Shown piece by piece: positions 44,553 through 52,351 of a DNA stretch of 55,730 nucleotides (position 1 is its first letter; each line of letters starts with the position of its first letter). The stretch spans positions 1-55,730 of the forward strand of contig JAMOOV010000046.1 in assembly GCA_027065125.1 (NCBI GenBank), given 5' to 3'. A program made the position numbers and the translations under genes. Source of the stretch: Campylobacterales bacterium. GTDB taxonomy: Bacteria > Campylobacterota > Campylobacteria > Campylobacterales > JALSKU01. The notes under the pieces were generated by a model. It did not search any database, was not told the origin of the DNA, and saw only the letters and a list, made by a program, of their open reading frames with translations.

Positions 44553-46537
44553 TGGCACAAAACAATAATCAAAAAAATGATAATAATAATTTTTTTAATA
44601 ACAATCCATTATTAGTATTTGCAATCTTTTCTATAGTTGTCATATTGATTTTTAAAAGCTTTGTAAATCCTGCAACAGGTATTAACAATATGCAAAGTGG
44701 TATGTTTGACAACAATCAAAAAGTTATCAGTAAAAATGTAAGTTACTCTAAGATAAAAAATCTTATCGAAAAAAAAGAGGTAAATAGTGTAGCTATAGGT
44801 CAAACTATTATAAAGGCCGTATCCGATACAAATGGTATGAAAATCGTATATATAGCTAAAAAAGTAGGAGATGATCCTACTCTTATACCACTACTTGAGA
44901 AAAATCATATCTCTTATGCAGCTTTTAGTGAAACAACTTGGCTAAGCGAATTTCTCTTTTCTTGGGTGCTACCTATATTTATATTTTTTGGTATATGGAT
45001 GTTTTTGGCAAACAGAATGCAAAAAAATATCGGAGGTGGGATACTTGGTATGGGAAGCAGTAAAAAACTTATAAATTCTGAAAAACCAAATACTAAATTT
45101 TCTGATGTAGCAGGAGTTGAAGAGGCTAAAGATGAAGTAAAAGAGATAGTTGACTTTTTGAAGCATCCCGATAGGTACTTAAGACTTGGGGCAAAGATAC
45201 CAAAAGGTGTACTTTTGGTAGGACCTCCGGGTACAGGTAAGACTCTTCTTGCTAAAGCTGTAGCAGGAGAGGCTGATGTACCTTTCTTTTCTGTTTCTGG
45301 ATCATCATTTATAGAGATGTTTGTTGGAGTAGGAGCGAGTAGAGTGAGGGATTTGTTTGAGGGTGCAAAAAAAGAGGCACCATCCATAGTTTTTATAGAC
45401 GAGATAGATGCCATAGGAAAAAGTAGAGCAGCTGCAGGAAATTTCGGAGGAAATGATGAAAGAGAACAAACTCTAAACCAACTTTTAGCAGAAATGGATG
45501 GATTTAGCTCAGACAATTCTCCTGTTATTGTTCTTGCAGCTACAAATAGACCGGAAGTTTTAGATCCAGCCTTGCTTAGACCTGGAAGATTTGACAGACA
45601 AGTTCTTGTAGATAAACCGGACTTTAAAGGTAGAGTTGAAATTTTAAAAGTTCACATAAAAGGTATAAAACTTGCTAAAGATATAGATCTTGAAGAGATA
45701 GGCAGACTTACGGCAGGACTTGCCGGGGCAGATTTGGCAAATATTATCAATGAAGCCGCACTTCTTGCAGGTAGAAACAATCAAGACGAAGTAAAACAAA
45801 AAGATATGATTGAAGCGGTTGAAAGAGCCATAGCCGGACTTGAAAAGAAAAGCAGAAGAATAAATTCAAAAGAGAAAAGGATAGTAGCTTACCACGAAAG
45901 CGGTCATGCACTTATAGCCGAGACTACAAAAGGGGCTAAAAAAGTTTCTAAAGTTTCTATCATTCCAAGGGGTCTTGCTGCACTTGGATATACTCTAAAT
46001 ACTCCGGAAGAGAATAAATTTTTAATGCAACGACATGAACTTATTGCTGAAGTCGATACTCTTCTTGGCGGAAGAGCGGCTGAGGAAGTTTTTATAAAAG
46101 AGATATCTACTGGTGCGGGAAATGATTTAGAAAGAGCGACCGATATCATAAAAGCTATGGTTAGTATGTATGGTATGAGCGAAGTTGCCGGACTTATGGT
46201 ACTTGAAAAACAGCAAAACAGATTTATGCCAGGAGCTACTGTAAAAGAGTATAGCGACAAGATGGCTGAAAATCTTGACGAATATGTAAAAACCATGCTT
46301 GATGAAAGATATAAAAGGGTTCTTGGAACTTTAAGAGAGTATAGTGAAGCAATTGAAAATATCGTTAAAGAGTTGTTTGAAAAAGAGACTATAAAAGGAA
46401 CACTTGTTAGGAAAATTATAAAAGAGTTTGAAAAAGCCAATGGTATTCAAAGGGAAGATGATGAGGAAAGTGATATACAAAAAGCGGAATATAATGCTAA
46501 TAATGATAAAAAAAATGAAGAGGATAAAAAGTCTTAA
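44552..46537 (+). CDS. ftsH: ATP-dependent zinc metalloprotease FtsH
   Basis: Two TM helices, GPPGTGKT, FIDEID, SRH, HESGH; probable GTG start 44552. Confidence 0.97.
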   Translation: MAQNNNQKNDNNNFFNNNPLLVFAIFSIVVILIFKSFVNPATGINNMQSGMFDNNQKVISKNVSYSKIKNLIEKKEVNSVAIGQTIIKAVSDTNGMKIVYIAKKVGDDPTLIPLLEKNHISYAAFSETTWLSEFLFSWVLPIFIFFGIWMFLANRMQKNIGGGILGMGSSKKLINSEKPNTKFSDVAGVEEAKDEVKEIVDFLKHPDRYLRLGAKIPKGVLLVGPPGTGKTLLAKAVAGEADVPFFSVSGSSFIEMFVGVGASRVRDLFEGAKKEAPSIVFIDEIDAIGKSRAAAGNFGGNDEREQTLNQLLAEMDGFSSDNSPVIVLAATNRPEVLDPALLRPGRFDRQVLVDKPDFKGRVEILKVHIKGIKLAKDIDLEEIGRLTAGLAGADLANIINEAALLAGRNNQDEVKQKDMIEAVERAIAGLEKKSRRINSKEKRIVAYHESGHALIAETTKGAKKVSKVSIIPRGLAALGYTLNTPEENKFLMQRHELIAEVDTLLGGRAAEEVFIKEISTGAGNDLERATDIIKAMVSMYGMSEVAGLMVLEKQQNRFMPGATVKEYSDKMAENLDEYVKTMLDERYKRVLGTLREYSEAIENIVKELFEKETIKGTLVRKIIKEFEKANGIQREDDEESDIQKAEYNANNDKKNEEDKKS

Positions 46538-47190
46538 TGATTTGTAGAAAAACTGAGATAATTGCAAAAGAGGGGTGGAAATATACAGCGATTTTTACTG
46601 TTTTATTTCTATTTTTTGCTCTTGTGGGATGTACTGTTTTTGCACTATTTTTTGCATTTTTGGCTATATTTTTTGGCTATATTTTTAGAAATCCAGAAAG
46701 AATTCCTGATGAATTTGATGAAATGTCCATACTTGCACCAATAGATGGTAAGGTTTCATACATAGGAAAAACTGTTGAGGATAAATACCTTAAAAAAGAG
46801 ATGTTAAAAGTTTCTATAGATAATTCTATATGTGATGTATCTTTGCAAAGAAATCCATTTGATATGAATATTGAAAATGTATTATACACTCACGGATTGA
46901 GTATAGATATCAAATCAAATAAATCAAAAACTTTAAATGAGAGAGTGGAAATTTTATCAAAGCATGAAGAAAAAGATGTACTTATAGTATCTTATGCTGG
47001 AAAATGTGCAAGAAAGATACATACAATATGTAATAATTTTAAAAAAGTAAGAAAAGGTGATAGATATCTTATTTTAACAAGTGGAAAAGTTGAGCTTTTT
47101 TTGCCTCTTGAATGCAGGATAAAAGTTGTCGAAGGTGAAAAAGTAAAAGCCGGAGAGAGTATTCTTGGATATTTTTTAGATGATAAATAA
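46537..47190 (+). CDS. Phosphatidylserine decarboxylase-related protein (cleavage motif degenerate)
   Basis: IAKEGW, FRNPER, APIDGKV, VKAGES; lacks GS cleavage motif. Confidence 0.75.
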   Translation: MICRKTEIIAKEGWKYTAIFTVLFLFFALVGCTVFALFFAFLAIFFGYIFRNPERIPDEFDEMSILAPIDGKVSYIGKTVEDKYLKKEMLKVSIDNSICDVSLQRNPFDMNIENVLYTHGLSIDIKSNKSKTLNERVEILSKHEEKDVLIVSYAGKCARKIHTICNNFKKVRKGDRYLILTSGKVELFLPLECRIKVVEGEKVKAGESILGYFLDDK

Positions 47191-47920
47191 AAATAAATCT
47201 TATCTAATATATATAATCCCCAATCTATTTACTGCTGCAAGTGCTTTTACGGGAGTTTTGAGTATTATAGCCTCATCAAAAGGGGAATTCGAAAAGGCAG
47301 TATATCTCATACTGTTGTCTTTGCTTTTTGACGGACTTGACGGAAGAGTAGCTAGACTAACCAAAACCACTTCAAGATTTGGTGCCGAGTTTGACTCTCT
47401 TGCTGATTTGGTAGCTTTTGGAGTTGCACCTGCTATGCTTTTTTACTATAATATTGGTGTACACTATGGCAAATTGGGTTCTTTGTTAACTGCGATTTAT
47501 GTGCTTTTTGGAGCTATAAGACTTGCAAGATTTAATGTAACGATACCTACAAGTGAACCATCGGTTTTTATAGGGGTTCCTATCCCAACTGCTGCAGTTT
47601 TTATAAGCATTTGGATACTTTTTGGTATAAAATACCATATGGTAGATGGAAAATTTTCTTGGATAATTTTGATATTTATCACTCTTGTATCCTTTTTGAT
47701 GGTTAGCAACATAAGATACCCCAGTTTTAAAAAGATAGATTTTAAAAAAGCCAATATAAAAAAGGTTTTGATAATTCTTATAGCATTACTATCTTTTGTA
47801 TATTTGTTTTTGATAGAATCCATAGTACTATTTTTTACTTTGTATATTTTGTATGGTTTGTTTAGAGGATATAAAAGTTTTCAAAAACGAAGAAAAATTG
47901 CAAAAAATGGTAAAATTTAG
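47180..47920 (+). CDS. pssA: CDP-diacylglycerol--serine O-phosphatidyltransferase
   Basis: PNLFT, DGLDGRVAR..FGAEFDSLAD, RLARFN. Confidence 0.94.
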   Translation: MINKNKSYLIYIIPNLFTAASAFTGVLSIIASSKGEFEKAVYLILLSLLFDGLDGRVARLTKTTSRFGAEFDSLADLVAFGVAPAMLFYYNIGVHYGKLGSLLTAIYVLFGAIRLARFNVTIPTSEPSVFIGVPIPTAAVFISIWILFGIKYHMVDGKFSWIILIFITLVSFLMVSNIRYPSFKKIDFKKANIKKVLIILIALLSFVYLFLIESIVLFFTLYILYGLFRGYKSFQKRRKIAKNGKI

Positions 47921-47926
47921 TATAAT
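47921..47926 (+). promoter_or_regulatory. -10 box (TATAAT) of leu leader/leuA transcript
   Basis: Perfect TATAAT right after pssA stop, 12 nt before AAGGAG SD of leader ORF. Confidence 0.6.
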
Positions 47927-47950
47927 AAATCAAAATTCAAGGAGAGTTAT

Positions 47951-48040
47951 ATGCAAGGTACAATAACTGGCACGGTAAAAGCCATCAAATATTTACCAAA
48001 AATTGAGACAAAAAACTCTCTACTGTTACTACAATTTTAA
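47951..48040 (+). CDS. Putative leucine-sensing leader peptide (29 aa: MQGTITGTVKAIKYLPKIETKNSLLLLQF)
   Basis: SD AAGGAG 47939-47944, ATG 47951, tandem Leu codons CTA CTG TTA CTA at 48020-48031, TAA 48038-48040, 48 nt upstream of leuA. Confidence 0.72.
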   Translation: MQGTITGTVKAIKYLPKIETKNSLLLLQF

Positions 48041-48088
48041 TATTTTACACAATCTATCATAAAAATCATATACAATAAGGAAAAATAA

Positions 48089-49606
48089 ATGCAAGATAAA
48101 ACTATAAAAATATTTGATACGACTTTAAGAGACGGTGAGCAAAGCCCCGGAGCTTCGATGAATACTGAAGAGAAAATCCAAATAGCCTTACAGCTTCAAA
48201 AACTCGGAGTTGATATCATAGAGGCGGGATTTGCGGCGGCAAGCGAGGGCGATTTTGATGCTATAAGCAAAATAGCCTCCGTTGTGGATGAAAGCACGGT
48301 ATGCTCTTTGGCAAGAGCGATGGAAAATGATATAAAAAAGGCTGGTGAAGCCATAAAAAATGCCAAAAAAAGAAGAATACACACCTTTATAGCTACAAGC
48401 CCCATCCATATGGAGTATAAGCTTAAAATGAAGCCCGAAGAGGTGATAAAAAGAGCTGTAATGGCCGTGGAGTATGCTAAAACTTTTGTAGATGATGTGG
48501 AGTTCTCTTTGGAAGATGCTTGTAGAAGTGAGATGAGTTTTATGAAAGAGATTATCGATGCTACCATAAAAGCCGGTGCCAATACTATCAATATACCCGA
48601 TACCGTTGGTTATTTATTGCCTGATGAGATATATGAGGTAACCAAGGAGGTATGTAATTTTATAGGAAATAGAGCTATAGTATCTCTTCACAACCATAAT
48701 GATCTTGGTTTGGCAACAGCAAATACACTTTCTGGTATTCAAGCCGGAGCAAGACAGGTAGAATGTACTATAAATGGTATTGGCGAAAGAGCAGGCAATG
48801 CTGCACTTGAAGAGATAGTAATGACGATAAAAACAAGAAGCGATAAATTTGAGGGATTTAAAACCAATATAAACACAAAAGAGATATATCCTACCAGCAG
48901 ACTTGTGGCAAATATAACTGGTATCAATCCTCAACCCAATAAAGCGATAGTTGGTAAAAATGCTTTTGCTCACGAAAGCGGTATCCATCAAGACGGAGTT
49001 TTAAAACACAAAAATACATATGAGATAATGAGAGCTGAAGATATAGGACTTAGCCAAAACTCATTGGTGCTTGGTAAGCACTCCGGTCGTCATGCTTTTA
49101 AAGATAGGGTGTCACAACTTGGATATTCCTTGAATGATGAAGAGATCAATAAAGCATTTTTGAGATTTAAAGATTTGGCAGATAAGAAAAAAGAGATATT
49201 TGATGATGATATTAGAGCGATTGTAACAAGTCAAATAACAAAAACAGAAGAGATGTATAAGCTTGTCAGTATGCAACTTAGCGATTGTAGTGGCGGAGTT
49301 CCGAGTGCAGCAGTTGCTATAGAACATAGCGGAGAAACCATCACAGATGCTGCCATAGGAAATGGTACTATGGATGCAGTCTTTAAAGTAATAGATAGAG
49401 TTTCTAATATTCATGGAGAGCTTAAAGAGTATAAGGTAAATTCTGTAACACAGGGAAAGGATGCTTTGGCAAGAGTTGTAGTAAAAGTAAAGTTTGAAGA
49501 GTGTAAAACTCCCGTTATGGGGCATGGACTTAGCCTTGATACTATGGAAGCAAGTGCGAAAGCCTATATAAATGCTTTAAATAATTATCTATCTATCAAA
49601 AAGTAA
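48089..49606 (+). CDS. leuA: 2-isopropylmalate synthase
   Basis: [37 protein letters not shown]-terminal regulatory domain. Confidence 0.96.
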   Translation: MQDKTIKIFDTTLRDGEQSPGASMNTEEKIQIALQLQKLGVDIIEAGFAAASEGDFDAISKIASVVDESTVCSLARAMENDIKKAGEAIKNAKKRRIHTFIATSPIHMEYKLKMKPEEVIKRAVMAVEYAKTFVDDVEFSLEDACRSEMSFMKEIIDATIKAGANTINIPDTVGYLLPDEIYEVTKEVCNFIGNRAIVSLHNHNDLGLATANTLSGIQAGARQVECTINGIGERAGNAALEEIVMTIKTRSDKFEGFKTNINTKEIYPTSRLVANITGINPQPNKAIVGKNAFAHESGIHQDGVLKHKNTYEIMRAEDIGLSQNSLVLGKHSGRHAFKDRVSQLGYSLNDEEINKAFLRFKDLADKKKEIFDDDIRAIVTSQITKTEEMYKLVSMQLSDCSGGVPSAAVAIEHSGETITDAAIGNGTMDAVFKVIDRVSNIHGELKEYKVNSVTQGKDALARVVVKVKFEECKTPVMGHGLSLDTMEASAKAYINALNNYLSIKK

Positions 49607-49616
49607 ATCATGAGAG

Positions 49617-49648
49617 TACTGTGAAACCACCGCACAGTAGAAATTTTT
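49617..49648 (+). terminator. Possible intrinsic terminator after leuA
   Basis: TACTGTG-9 nt-CACAGTA stem followed by GAAATTTTT; U-tract is offset, so weak. Confidence 0.45.
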
Positions 49649-49651
49649 ATA

Positions 49652-49747
49652 ATATCAATAGGTTTTATTCAGATGAGACAATCGTTTTGTAGGACTAATT
49701 TGTTAACAAAAAGCGATTAACGAAATATGTGTGAAACCTATTGATGT
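49652..49747. repeat. ~96-nt imperfect palindrome (MITE/REP-like or structured RNA)
   Basis: Perfect 12-bp inverted repeat ATCAATAGGTTT (49654-49665) / AAACCTATTGAT (49734-49745) enclosing inner stem AATCGTTTTGT / ACAAAAAGCGATT. Confidence 0.65.
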
Positions 49748-49847
49748 CTTTCTGAAATCCTAAATTATTATATTATTAATTTAATTTTTACATAACTTAT
49801 CCTATACTTACATAATCGAAGATAAAAATAACACAAAAAGGTTTTGT

Positions 49848-50876
49848 ATGAATTTTCCAAATTTTCCAAAAGATTGCAAATCTCTACTTTGCAAATACTT
49901 GACAAAAGAGGTTTTTGAAGAGTTAAAGAACAAAAAGACACCAAACGGTTTTACTATAGAAAAAGCAATTAATTCTGGAGTTAAAAATATAGACAGTGGC
50001 ATAGGAGTCTATGCAGGAGATAAAGAGAGTTATGATGTTTTTGCTCCTTTATTTGATCCTATTATAAAAGAGTATCACGGTTTTGAAAAGAGTGATAAAC
50101 ATATAAGTAATTTCAATCCGAAAGATTTAAAGATGACCAATCCAGATCCAAGCAGTCAATATATCCTATCCACAAGGATAAGAGTAGGTAGAAATTTGGC
50201 TGATTTTCCACTTGGTACTATCATATCAAAAGAACAAAGAGATGAGGTGGAAAAAAGAGTGAGCGATGCATTAAAATCTTTCGACGGAGAGTTGAGTGGA
50301 AGCTATTATCCTTTAAAAGGAATGAGTAAAGATATTCAAGAACAACTCATAAAAGATCATTTTCTGTTTAAAGAGGGGGATAGGTTTCTTGAGGCTGCGG
50401 GGTTAAATAGAGATTGGCCTGAGGGCAGGGGAATATACCATAATGACGATAAAACTTTTTTAGTATGGATAAATGAAGAGGATGAACTTAGGATTATCTC
50501 TATGCAACAAGGCGGAGATATCAAAGAGGTTTTTGACAGATTGGCAAAAGCGGTGGATTTTATACAAAATAGTGTAAAGTTTATGAAAAGCGAACATCTC
50601 GGATATATAACAAGTTGTCCTACAAATCTTGGAACGGCCATGAGAGCAAGTGTTCATATAAAGTTACCCAAGCTTTCAAGAGATATGGATCTATTTAAAA
50701 AGATAACAGACAAAAATCATCTTCAGATAAGAGGAGTTCACGGCGAACATTCCGAGAGTGAAGGTGGTATTTTTGATATAAGTAATAAAAGAAGACTTGG
50801 TGTTAGTGAAGTTGACTGTGCCTATGACCTTTATAATGGTGTAAAAGAGCTTATTGAGGTGGAAAAAAGTTTGTAG
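49848..50876 (+). CDS. Phosphagen (arginine) kinase, eukaryote-type with N-terminal domain
   Basis: KSLLCKYLT, DSGIGVYA, STRIRVGRN, DHFLFKEGDRFL, WPEGRG, WINEED, CPTNLGT, RGVHGEH, DISNKRRLG. Confidence 0.93.
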   Translation: MNFPNFPKDCKSLLCKYLTKEVFEELKNKKTPNGFTIEKAINSGVKNIDSGIGVYAGDKESYDVFAPLFDPIIKEYHGFEKSDKHISNFNPKDLKMTNPDPSSQYILSTRIRVGRNLADFPLGTIISKEQRDEVEKRVSDALKSFDGELSGSYYPLKGMSKDIQEQLIKDHFLFKEGDRFLEAAGLNRDWPEGRGIYHNDDKTFLVWINEEDELRIISMQQGGDIKEVFDRLAKAVDFIQNSVKFMKSEHLGYITSCPTNLGTAMRASVHIKLPKLSRDMDLFKKITDKNHLQIRGVHGEHSESEGGIFDISNKRRLGVSEVDCAYDLYNGVKELIEVEKSL

Positions 50877-50890
50877 ATAAGGAAAAAGCA

Positions 50891-52270
50891 ATGAGCGATG
50901 CAAAAGAAAAAGATAAACAAGAGTCAAAAAACAAGGATAAAAAGAGTTGTTCTATCGAACATAAAAAGGATTATAAAGCTTATATTGCAAGATGTTTTAA
51001 TCATAATATAGAGATAAAATTTGATCTTTTGGTAATAGCTCACTTTTTTGGCAGATGGATACCATTTGCTATAGCGGTAGGTCTTATTACCGGTATAATG
51101 GCGGCACTTATGGATTTGATTATAGTTAATATAAATGAATTTTTAACTACAAATATTATTTTGCTTTTAGTTTATCCTATTTTTGTTTCTATTTTGGTTG
51201 GCATGGCTATTTCAAAAGATGATGCTGTAGCGGGTGCAGGTATAGGATTTTCCATACTGCATCTAAAATCTAAACAATATTTAAAATTGAAGTCTCTTTT
51301 TATGAAATTTTTACTTTCTATTTTTACTCTATCGGGAGGATTTATAGCCGGTCGTGAGGGTCCATCATTTTTCCTTGGTGTTGGGATTGGCGAATGGATA
51401 GGCAAGTCTTACGGACTTGGAAAGAGATTTAAAAGCAGTCTTGGTCTTATAGGAGGAGGTGCATTTACCGGAGCACTTTTGAAAGCTCCTCTTGGAAGTT
51501 CTATATTTGCCATGGAGCTTGAAAATATGTATGATTTTGACTATCGTCCTTTTGCTCCGATGATTATCGCCTCTATTGTGAGCTATTTGACATTCTCGTT
51601 TTTTAGAGGAACTCATCCGTTTATACTTTTGGTAGATAAGCCTATGTGGACACTTACAAGTATCCCCTATATTGTTATAATGGGGCTTCTTGTTTCATTT
51701 ATTACCTATGTATATACATTTTTGTTTCATTTTAGTATAGATGTTTCAAAGATTATATCTCCGATGAGAAGACCGATAATAGGAACATTGATAGCATTTC
51801 CTTTTCTTGCGGGATTGTATTATGTGACCAATGATATAGATATTCTCTCTGCTCCGGCACATATGAGTATCATATCAAAACTTGCTCAAGTTCCATTTTC
51901 TGTTCAAATTGATATAGCTATTATTATATTAACCCTTTTTATAACAAGTTTTACCATAGGGTTTGGAATACCGGGAGGTTTGGTATTGCCAAATCTTCTA
52001 ATAGGTGCGGCAACAGGCAATATGTTCGGTCATCTTTTTCCAAACGAGATGGTTATGTTTACTCTTGCGGGTATGGGTTCGGCTCTCTCGGCAGGGGCTA
52101 AAACACCGCTTGCCGCTATAGTTATGATAACTGAGATGAGTCATGCAGATGTCGTTATACCGATGACGGCAGCGGTTATAACAAGTTATATCACAAGTTT
52201 TGGTTTTAGTCTGTATCTTGGGCAAGAAAATGGTATAAAACCGCTTGTAGGGCATAGATTGAAAAAATAA
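50891..52270 (+). CDS. CLC family chloride channel/transporter
   Basis: GREGP, LLKAPLG..FAME, PGGLVLP, KTPLAAIVMITEM, SLY; multi-TM, no CBS domains. Confidence 0.88.
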   Translation: MSDAKEKDKQESKNKDKKSCSIEHKKDYKAYIARCFNHNIEIKFDLLVIAHFFGRWIPFAIAVGLITGIMAALMDLIIVNINEFLTTNIILLLVYPIFVSILVGMAISKDDAVAGAGIGFSILHLKSKQYLKLKSLFMKFLLSIFTLSGGFIAGREGPSFFLGVGIGEWIGKSYGLGKRFKSSLGLIGGGAFTGALLKAPLGSSIFAMELENMYDFDYRPFAPMIIASIVSYLTFSFFRGTHPFILLVDKPMWTLTSIPYIVIMGLLVSFITYVYTFLFHFSIDVSKIISPMRRPIIGTLIAFPFLAGLYYVTNDIDILSAPAHMSIISKLAQVPFSVQIDIAIIILTLFITSFTIGFGIPGGLVLPNLLIGAATGNMFGHLFPNEMVMFTLAGMGSALSAGAKTPLAAIVMITEMSHADVVIPMTAAVITSYITSFGFSLYLGQENGIKPLVGHRLKK

Positions 52271-52314
52271 ATTTGCTATATTTGTGGATTGTTATTAAAA
52301 TAAAAAGATTAATA

Positions 52315-52323
52315 TGTTAAAAT
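52315..52323 (+). promoter_or_regulatory. Extended -10 (TGtTAAAAT) upstream of nifJ
   Basis: TGnTAAAAT about 29 nt before ATG 52352, followed by AGGGAG SD. Confidence 0.45.
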
Positions 52324-52351
52324 TAGTCAACTATAAAAAAAGGGAGTTAGT

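Noticed and set aside
49788-49815. TTACATAA direct repeat (20-nt spacing) upstream of arginine kinase
   Set aside because: Could be a regulator site, but an AT-rich 8-mer pair is too weak alone.
49848-50876. McsB protein-arginine kinase
   Set aside because: Has the N-terminal phosphagen kinase domain; no ctsR/mcsA/clpC nearby.
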